Source of the DNA: Candidatus Thorarchaeota archaeon
GTDB lineage: Archaea > Asgardarchaeota > Heimdallarchaeia > Hodarchaeales > Hodarchaeaceae
Length of the DNA: 32,000 bases
Assembly (NCBI GenBank): GCA_048882505.1
Contig: JBHLRO010000020.1
Location: 1 to 32,000, forward strand
Reading direction: 5' to 3'
Shown here: positions 25,150-32,000 of the stretch, piece by piece
Numbering within the stretch: the stretch's first letter is position 1
How the letters are laid out: every line of letters starts with the position of its first letter
The notes under the pieces: model-generated
Database searches by the model: none
Told to the model about the DNA's origin: nothing
The model's input: only the letters and a program-made list of their open reading frames with translations
Made by a program: the position numbers and the translations under genes

Positions 25150-25471
25150 GATCCTTCCCGTAGAATGAAATCCATTGAAGATTATAATCGATCGAATTTA
25201 GATTTTCTACTTTATTCAAATTTAACACCTTGGAGAACAGAACCGGCCAGCTATCAGATTGGAGGAAGATTGGAGACAATTCCAAGCAAGAATGAAATGA
25301 TATGGGAGGAAAGGGTCGATCTGATGTAATGGTAGATCTCCTTTGTAAGAGCGACAAGATAAAACCGACTAGATTTGAGATCGCATCAGATCCCGCCATA
25401 CCCGCGAATGTTTAATCGATTTCTCGACTGAAAATACCAATGAAAAATAAATCGCAGGGTGCTGAATTGAT

Positions 25472-25963
25472 ATGAATTTAAAATTGGCAGTTCTAATTGA
25501 TACGGGCGTTCTCTCAGCAGGCATCTTAAAGGATACCAGTTTTTTGCGGGAGACCTTTTGGTTTGAGACGATCTACGATCCGGAGGTCGTTTCTCCTCCA
25601 GTTTCGTGTTTGAATCGTATTCGACAACAGTACCAGGCAAATTGTCTGCTAGCGTATGTGAACCAGCATAGACGGCGGGGTCTGGCCTTATTGGTCGTTT
25701 CCCAGGATATGTTTAATCCTGGATTCAATTTTATCTTTGGCATAGGCGCCAAAGGGCAAGCAGCGGTAGTTTCGACTTTTCGGTTACAAAATGATCCTGA
25801 ATTCTTGAGGAAGGAAATCATCCATGAATTGGGCCACGTATTTGGCCTCAAACATTGCTCCCCTCCCTGTGTGATGACTTATTCGAATAGCGTGCAGGAA
25901 ACAAGGTTCAAAACCAGTGAATTTTGCGAGGCTTGCAAAAGGTTGTTGGTTGGCCAGGTGTAG
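25472..25963 (+). CDS. amzA: Archaemetzincin family Zn metalloprotease (M54)
   Basis: IRQQYQANCLL, FIFG, HELGHVFGLKHC...CVMTYSNS...K..EFCEAC: HExxHxxGxxH plus a Cys4 second Zn site and Met-turn. Confidence 0.9.
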   Translation: MNLKLAVLIDTGVLSAGILKDTSFLRETFWFETIYDPEVVSPPVSCLNRIRQQYQANCLLAYVNQHRRRGLALLVVSQDMFNPGFNFIFGIGAKGQAAVVSTFRLQNDPEFLRKEIIHELGHVFGLKHCSPPCVMTYSNSVQETRFKTSEFCEACKRLLVGQV

Positions 25964-26309
25964 AAGTGAATATCAAAAAACAACTTTCTACAAAGAGCAA
26001 TTATGCGGCCTGGAGAACCAGCTTCAAAGAAGGAATTGCAGCTATCGACTAATGGTGTATGGATTGGTACGTGAAGCAAATTCGCTTGAAGGCCTGAATA
26101 GGTATTCACTGGCTTTTTTTCCAAGAAATTCGTCTTAAACCTTGACATTTCGAATACTCAATGATGAACCTCGGAAACCTCTTATAATCGGTCTAAATCA
26201 ATCCAAAGTCACTTATCGATTAATCTAGCTCCCAATATGGGCAAAAATAAGGATTTACGAAGAATTTACTGAACCTCTTTTGATATTACGGTTATTTTAC
26301 TAATGATGA

Positions 26310-27218
26310 TTGTTTGATCGAATTAAGGATGTAATCAGAACCATGCAGGATGACAGAATGGGGACGGACCTTCTTCATCTAGTGGCGTTAGCCTCCAGAC
26401 TGGAAAGTAAAGGTCAGCTCAACATAGCAAAGGTATTACGTGCCAGCGTTACTGCAATTACAGGTCAGGCAGTGTTTCAACGTGGTCTGACCAAGAACGA
26501 CAATGAGCTGTACGAAGACCTCGAACGGGCGAAGCAAATCCTGGGCAAACACAAGGTTAACCCCCACTTAATTAATGCCTTGGAAACTGGAAAAAACGCA
26601 ATGAAAGAAAACCGATTAGCTTTTATCACCGAAATCCCTGACCCGTACATCTGTCGTAGATGTGGGCAGAGTACTCTCGGGGTACCGCCCAACAAATGTC
26701 CAGTCTGTGGGGCCTGGCCGTACACTTTCCAACACTTCCTACCCGTATATTATCTCAACGAGTTTGAACCCCTAGTGGCCATGGAAAACCTTCGTGAAAC
26801 CCCAAACCAGGTGAATATGCTCCTAACAGGTTTAAGCGAGGAAATTCTTACAAAAACACCAGCAGAGGGGGGCTGGTCTATCCAGCAAGTGGTAACGCAT
26901 CTTCGAGATGCCCAGGGTCTGCTGAGTACGCGTGTGAATCTCTTGTTAGAGCACGACAATCCGATCCTGACTGCCGAGGCGGTCTTTGATTGGGCTACGC
27001 GAGATGAAGGCAAACAGACCACCACACACGATATCTTTCAGCAATATCGAGACTCAAGAGAAGGAACCATTGCCACGTTGGAAGAAATCGCATGGAAGGA
27101 CTGGATGCGGAATGGGGAGCATGAGGAGTTTGGCCAGGTGACACTAAAACAGCAGGTGAGCTACTTTGCGGCACATGAGCTGACCCATCTCCGTCAGTTG
27201 GATAATCTGCGGCCTTAA
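26310..27218 (+). CDS. DinB family protein with N-terminal rubrerythrin-like helices and rubredoxin-like Zn/Fe ribbon
   Basis: YICRRCG-x9-KCPVCGA ribbon; then WSIQQVVTHLRD...HELTHLRQL DinB His triad; N-terminal ASRLESKGQLNIAKVLRA. Start may be ATG 26343 or 26358. Confidence 0.85.
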   Translation: MFDRIKDVIRTMQDDRMGTDLLHLVALASRLESKGQLNIAKVLRASVTAITGQAVFQRGLTKNDNELYEDLERAKQILGKHKVNPHLINALETGKNAMKENRLAFITEIPDPYICRRCGQSTLGVPPNKCPVCGAWPYTFQHFLPVYYLNEFEPLVAMENLRETPNQVNMLLTGLSEEILTKTPAEGGWSIQQVVTHLRDAQGLLSTRVNLLLEHDNPILTAEAVFDWATRDEGKQTTTHDIFQQYRDSREGTIATLEEIAWKDWMRNGEHEEFGQVTLKQQVSYFAAHELTHLRQLDNLRP

Positions 27219-27282
27219 AGCGCGTAGTCAAGTAACACCCTTTCGTTAAATATGATCAAAATTCAAGGTAAATAAAGCGTAG

Positions 27283-27855
27283 TTACCACTGACCGCTCGA
27301 TTGGCCTGAGAGTTTAGCGATTAGGTGGGTAATAACAACTCCTAAATCGTAGATGTTTAAAACCCCGTTCATGTCGAGGTCTGTCGAATCCAAGGTTCCT
27401 TGGGTTTCATGCAGGCAAAATGCCAGCTTGAGAAATTTAGACAACACCAATTGTGGGATCTCGTCAATTCCTTCCTCGCCATACCATTCAAAGATGTCAT
27501 GGGCGCCTTTGCTACTATTACAGGACTTGCAGGCCCAAACACAGTTATCTGCAGATTCCAGAAGACGCTTCACTCGTGGATCCACTCCTGCTCTTGATGA
27601 AGGGATGATATGATCATGCGTGAGTTTCGTTGTGGCTTCACAATAGGCACACACGCCCCCCATTTCCCATTCTTTTTGTTTATCTCGAATTGTTGATGAC
27701 CATTTCATTTCTCCCGATTTTAGTCTCTTATAGCGCGACATTACAAAGCCATAATTCCCCTCAAATCCTGCCGCTCGTGCAATCAGATTTGCATAATACC
27801 AATAGATCAGCTCTCGGATGGTTTTGACGTGCCTCGAAGGAGCCTTTAATACCAT
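27283..27855 (-). CDS. Stand-alone HNH endonuclease
   Basis: CAYC...LTHDHIIP...NCVWACKSCNSSKG (McrA-type HNH with Zn ribbon); AGGTGG SD upstream. Confidence 0.88.
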   Translation of the reverse strand: MVLKAPSRHVKTIRELIYWYYANLIARAAGFEGNYGFVMSRYKRLKSGEMKWSSTIRDKQKEWEMGGVCAYCEATTKLTHDHIIPSSRAGVDPRVKRLLESADNCVWACKSCNSSKGAHDIFEWYGEEGIDEIPQLVLSKFLKLAFCLHETQGTLDSTDLDMNGVLNIYDLGVVITHLIAKLSGQSSGQW

Positions 27856-28338
27856 TCTCTTCCACCTACGCTTTTATTGGTGAGTGTTTCCACCCGATCA
27901 TATAACTACGCGTATAATTTGATGATTCACGTTTTTTGTAATCTTCCTCTGTATTCTAATTACTCCTAGTATATAAGGTTTCTAAGATTTACTCGTTTAA
28001 TTTGACCTGAACCTTATCCGTGAAGCGTTGTCTGGTTCTAAATCGCTCAGATCTATGCCTTTGCCGGAATATTCACAACACTAGTAAACTCTGTTTCGTA
28101 GAATAAAACTAGAGGGGGTCGAAGCTTATCGTTTATCGTTAATACTCATCAGATTTAGGAATTACTACGAAAATTATTATAAAAGCTTTAACCCACAGAT
28201 CGTGATTGGTGGAAAATATGGATTTCTTCTTGCTGGGAACCAACGATTCGTCTGAAGTTGGCCAGGTAACTGCTACATTGGTTTTTAATACATTAATTTG
28301 GGTATATGAGGCAAATGGGAACCCGCATTCTATAGTAC

Positions 28339-29001
28339 CTATCCCAATGCTTCGATAATTTCATCTGCGGAGAGAACCCGGGCAAATCCAGCCCTCAAAA
28401 CTTTTAATTCTGCTTCATGCAATTCTGGGTCATTAGTGGAAGTTACATCACTTCCCAAAACAACTTTGAACCCTCTCTCGTACCCCTGCCGTGCCGTCAT
28501 ACCACAACAATAATTGCTTAAGGTTCCGCAAATGATGATAGTATCCTTGCCGAGATTTCGAAGAATGGTTTCTAAAGGAGTGTCATAGAATGCACCGTAG
28601 GAGGGTTTGTGGATGATGATATCCTCGGGCAATGGAGTCAGATCCGCCCAAATGTGACCATCTCTGAAGATGGCGGGATCCTCAATTCTCAGCTCAGGAA
28701 ACCGATTCGGCATCAAGTCGCCAGTACTTGGGCGATCCTTGCGGAAATACGTATATGCAGACGCAGTATAAACGATTGGAATGTCTTTTTCTCTGCAAAA
28801 CGTGATTAGCGCCTTAATTCTGTCGACCTGACGTGTTGCTTCTGGAATCCAAAACGGTGTCCAGTGGGGCTTGACGAACTCCTCCTGCATGTCCACGACA
28901 AGGAGAGCAGATTTATTCGAGATAATTGGAAACTGCGCATCCCCTTCCTCGTAAGCCTTGTTTGCTAAGGTTAGGATTTGAGATTCAGTGAATTCACCCA
29001 G
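28339..29001 (-). CDS. Isochorismatase-like cysteine hydrolase
   Basis: SALLVVDMQ (Asp), IIHKPSYGAFYDTPLETILR (Lys), GTLSNYCCGMTARQG (Cys). Frame extends upstream of track start 28896; the only near-cognate start is CTG at 29001, with GAGGTG 12 nt upstream. Confidence 0.88.
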   Translation of the reverse strand: MGEFTESQILTLANKAYEEGDAQFPIISNKSALLVVDMQEEFVKPHWTPFWIPEATRQVDRIKALITFCREKDIPIVYTASAYTYFRKDRPSTGDLMPNRFPELRIEDPAIFRDGHIWADLTPLPEDIIIHKPSYGAFYDTPLETILRNLGKDTIIICGTLSNYCCGMTARQGYERGFKVVLGSDVTSTNDPELHEAELKVLRAGFARVLSADEIIEALG

Positions 29002-29049
29002 TTTCGTTGGTTACACCTCAGAAATTTCTGTTCTGTCAATGATAAGATT

Positions 29050-29445
29050 TCATTTTACAAAACTTGGCTTAATTTGATCGATCGCTAGTCTGGCCATTTC
29101 CAGATTATCAACACCTAACACTAATCGATTACCAGTAGCTAGGTAAACTAAGTTGATATTGACTCCAGCTGTAGCTATATACCGAGTGATTCTTCCCAGT
29201 TCCCCTGGTTGATCCTTAATATCTAGCACAAGAACTTTTCGTTCCTCTATTACTTCTATATTAACTTCTTCTAATACACGCTTGGCTGCAGCTGTATCTT
29301 CGAGTAAAAGGTGGAGTTCGCGTCTTCCCTCGCAACGACAACCAGTAATTCCTTCTATATTAATATTAGCGCCGCCTAGGGCGTCTCCTGCATCAGCTAG
29401 CGTACCAGGCTGATCTTTACCTCTTATGGTTAAGTCTCTCATCAT
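29050..29445 (-). CDS. Tandem ACT-domain protein
   Basis: Two repeats, KDQPGTLADAGDALGGANINIEG and KDQPGELGRITRYIATAGVNINLVY; AGAGGT SD upstream. Confidence 0.9.
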   Translation of the reverse strand: MMRDLTIRGKDQPGTLADAGDALGGANINIEGITGCRCEGRRELHLLLEDTAAAKRVLEEVNIEVIEERKVLVLDIKDQPGELGRITRYIATAGVNINLVYLATGNRLVLGVDNLEMARLAIDQIKPSFVK

Positions 29446-29478
29446 GATATACCTCTTTTACGTAACCAAACATTTGAT

Positions 29479-29664
29479 TCTACGACCTACATCGGGTTTC
29501 TGCCCGAGGAAAAGCTTGGCGTAGTGATGATGGCGAACTATGGTACTACCCCTTTTGCTGTCCTCATCAAGAAATTAATACGTAAAAAACCTTTGATAGG
29601 AGAGCACTACACAGTTAGTGAGACGGGGTTACCTGGAGATAGTTCTAACGTCCAGCAGATGTAG
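29479..29664 (+). pseudogene. Remnant of the C-terminus of a beta-lactamase-family serine hydrolase
   Basis: My translation STTYIGFLPEEKLGVVMMANYG... resembles the terminal S-x-I-x-F-x-PE-x-x-LGVVVL-x-N strands; no start codon and no upstream catalytic motifs. Confidence 0.5.
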
Positions 29665-29707
29665 AAAGGAGAGATGTAGGTTATTTGAAAGGGAGATGGG
29701 CTTACGA

Positions 29708-31315
29708 TCATGCTTTGGACAGACGTGGGGAGAATAAGAGTATGTTTTCCAGTTGGCCCAGAATTTGAGTAAATCGATTAAGAATTTGATCAACTTTCCC
29801 AGTGATTTGTCCTATTTCACTAGCCTTGGGTAATTCTTGAGGGGAATCAGGATCTTGGAGTAAATCAATATCCTGAACCAGATTCCTTATCTGCATCCTG
29901 ATGGTTTGGTTTTCTGTAATGGATTTTATTAAATCTTCTGATTGTAACCAATTCAAAAGGTTTGTGAGGATTGTCATTATCTTGAGCGCCAAGGTAGAAG
30001 TGTGGTCTTTCGATGTAGTATCAGGAAGTTGTTGGATTGTTATCATTAACGTTTCAAATTCCGGTTTAAGATCGTTTTGCAGGCCAAGTTGTAGGTATAA
30101 ACGGAATAACGTGAGATAATGCGCGAATTGTTGATCGGGATTTTCCTTGATTAACACAAAAGGAGTAATTTCGCGGACATCTCCGTCTTTGCATTCTCCC
30201 GTTTCCACTGTTTCTCCTATGGGCGTCTTCCATCTGGACTTTACTGAAATTGGTGCACCCCGTGCATACCTAGGATCCACAGGCTCTAGAATTTTTTCTG
30301 ATAAACACTCCCAATATCTAAACTGACTTTTTTCCTCGTCTTTAACCAGCGACTCACTTCCAGAATGGCAGGATATGCAGGTGGAGACGGAATCGCCTTC
30401 TACTCGATTGGTGGTTCCGCACGCAAAACAATAGAAGTAATTAAACTCCGTTAAGAATTTTCCAAATGTTCCTGTCCCCGAGACGCCCGAATCATCTGCA
30501 ACTCTCCGCATCCGCGCAAAGAGAGACCCCGAATCTGCCAGCATTTCTGTTAAAGATGCCCCAAGTCCCTCTGTAGCCTTTGTTCTTTCCCGTTCTTCTT
30601 GCTTTTTTAGGAGATATGCCGTCCTCTCCTCCAAGCTCATTATACTCAACATTCTGAGTTCTTTCACCCGTTCTTGCAATCGATTCCGTTCACTAGTATT
30701 TAATGTCTCTAGAAAGCTCTGTGGGAGAGCCGTGATTTCCTCTAGGGTCATCTCCTCAAAATCACTGGGGAATTGGTGGTCGGGAAGAATCGCGGACGGT
30801 AAGGTAGATTTAGAAGGAGGGGATGGAGGAACAGATCGCCTCGAGGGAGGGATAGGGGGTGTAGGCCGAGTGGATCTATCAGGAATTTGGACTCTGGATG
30901 AGGCCATGATGTTTCGCTGGATCGCCTGGATCACTCGTTGTTCCAGCTGGTCTAGGAATCCTGCTGTTGTAGTAAACTTCTGATTCTGTTCCTTAGAAAT
31001 CTGTTCAATCTCGATCAACAGGTGCTGAGTTATCGCATCAAGGCGTGGAAAGAGTGCAGTAATGACGTCATACATTGTCCACTGTTCAACCTCAGTGAAT
31101 CGTGAATAAGGTTCGGTTGGAAACTTGGCCATTTTTGGATACAGATCGTGGGTCTCCATGTTCCGCCGTGCCCAACTCCAGATTGTGGATTTGTTTTTCG
31201 AACTACCAATCAAGGATTCCGCAATCATGGCAAAAGTTTCGCCATTTGATCTACGTTCTCGAACGACTTCTATTCGTTCTTCAAACGTCATGGATTTCCA
31301 CACAGAAGATGCCAC
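29708..31315 (-). CDS. Hypothetical multidomain protein: N-terminal HTH, Pro-rich linker, helical region, Zn ribbon, helical C-terminus
   Basis: TFEERIEVVRERRSNGETFAMIAESL...KSTIWSWARR (homeodomain/transposase-like HTH), PTPPIPPSRRSVPPSPPS, CFAC-x14-CISC. Confidence 0.75.
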   Translation of the reverse strand: MASSVWKSMTFEERIEVVRERRSNGETFAMIAESLIGSSKNKSTIWSWARRNMETHDLYPKMAKFPTEPYSRFTEVEQWTMYDVITALFPRLDAITQHLLIEIEQISKEQNQKFTTTAGFLDQLEQRVIQAIQRNIMASSRVQIPDRSTRPTPPIPPSRRSVPPSPPSKSTLPSAILPDHQFPSDFEEMTLEEITALPQSFLETLNTSERNRLQERVKELRMLSIMSLEERTAYLLKKQEERERTKATEGLGASLTEMLADSGSLFARMRRVADDSGVSGTGTFGKFLTEFNYFYCFACGTTNRVEGDSVSTCISCHSGSESLVKDEEKSQFRYWECLSEKILEPVDPRYARGAPISVKSRWKTPIGETVETGECKDGDVREITPFVLIKENPDQQFAHYLTLFRLYLQLGLQNDLKPEFETLMITIQQLPDTTSKDHTSTLALKIMTILTNLLNWLQSEDLIKSITENQTIRMQIRNLVQDIDLLQDPDSPQELPKASEIGQITGKVDQILNRFTQILGQLENILLFSPRLSKA

Positions 31316-31591
31316 TATTTTTCACCAGATGCAAATGTAAACTCTAGAGAAAGTTCATGTGAACTTCGGTTCATGTTCGTACAGATGACGTTCATATTTA
31401 ACAGTTATCAAATGCCTAAAGGGAGGAAAACCGCCAAGGATATTCTCAGGCGAAGACATAGCATGTCTCATTGGCGTTTTTTCATGGGGAGGCAGCTGAG
31501 ATAGCAATTTTCCTAAAGAAAAGTTGGGGTGAAAACTTGTTAAGGAAATAAATATACCTGCAGAGGGCGCAATGTGAACAACAGGAAAAGC

Positions 31592-32000
31592 TTACATTCC
31601 CAGATCGGTATCAATATCATATGCGCGGGAGATGGTAGCCAAAATGGTGATCATGGGATTGACGCCCAAAGCGGTGGGCAGAACACTTCCATCAGTAATG
31701 TACACTCCAGGATAATCATGCATTTGCATAGTGGAGTCCACGACGCTCGTTTGGGGGTCCATGCCCATTCGTGCGGTCCCTAAGGGATGCGCGCTGAACA
31801 AGGAAATATGGTTAGGCCCAGATTTTAAATTCCGAATTTTGGGGATATCCTGGGGTGATTTCAACGAAATGGATCGGGAATGAGTAGTAAACGTTTCCAC
31901 AGCGCCTGCGGCGAACAAAACTTCGAGGGCATTTTCTAGTCCTTTAAGTAAATGGGATTTATCCTCCCTACATAGTTTGTACGTGATCGACAAACGGTTT
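31592..32000 (-). CDS. GMC oxidoreductase, C-terminal part (long-chain alcohol oxidase-like); partial, begins beyond the window
   Basis: LFSAHPLGTARMG...SVVD...GVYITDGSVLPTALGVNPMITILA; frame open to the window edge. Confidence 0.9.
   Translation of the reverse strand, partial: NRLSITYKLCREDKSHLLKGLENALEVLFAAGAVETFTTHSRSISLKSPQDIPKIRNLKSGPNHISLFSAHPLGTARMGMDPQTSVVDSTMQMHDYPGVYITDGSVLPTALGVNPMITILATISRAYDIDTDLGM

Noticed and set aside
25139-26148. ORFs flanking or overlapping amzA (25139-25399, 25386-25640, 25879-26148, 25917-26138) and a 54-aa plus ORF at about 25166
   Set aside because: No family motifs; partly shadow frames.
31150-31315. Transposase-like HTH suggesting an IS element
   Set aside because: No DDE/HUH catalytic domain, terminal inverted repeats or target duplication found.
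31412-31504. 30-aa basic ORF MPKGRKTAKDILRRRH...
   Set aside because: No SD, no recognised homology; short basic ORFs arise by chance.

Overview
Archaeal chromosomal window, most likely an Asgard archaeon (Heimdallarchaeia/Hodarchaeales-like). This is inferred from protein style: longin-like, PCI-like and C2H2 domains, NosD fusions, and TM+basic C-terminal anchors. I saw no rRNA, tRNA, CRISPR array, integrase or transposase. The left half (1-13.4 kb) is a cell-surface region. It carries a circularly permuted family-5 solute-binding protein fused to a NosD beta-helix, a membrane protein/nucleotide pyrophosphatase pair, and a minus-strand cluster of beta-propeller, family-5 SBP, membrane-anchored wHTH regulator and a second beta-propeller, with no permease or ATPase. 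Upstream of that cluster are two identical perfect 16-bp palindromes next to a BRE/TATA-like element. The right half (13.5-32 kb) is a patchy accessory region with several eukaryote-like architectures: PCI-like wH + FYVE-type Zn finger + TPR, a 4x C2H2 array, a tandem longin-like protein and two Pro-rich Zn-ribbon proteins. It also holds HEPN and HNH nuclease candidates, ordinary enzymes (MDR, archaemetzincin, DinB, isochorismatase, ACT, GMC), several gene remnants and an unannotated 41-aa SMP/LEA-like protein. All family assignments come from motif recognition by eye; no database search was run.
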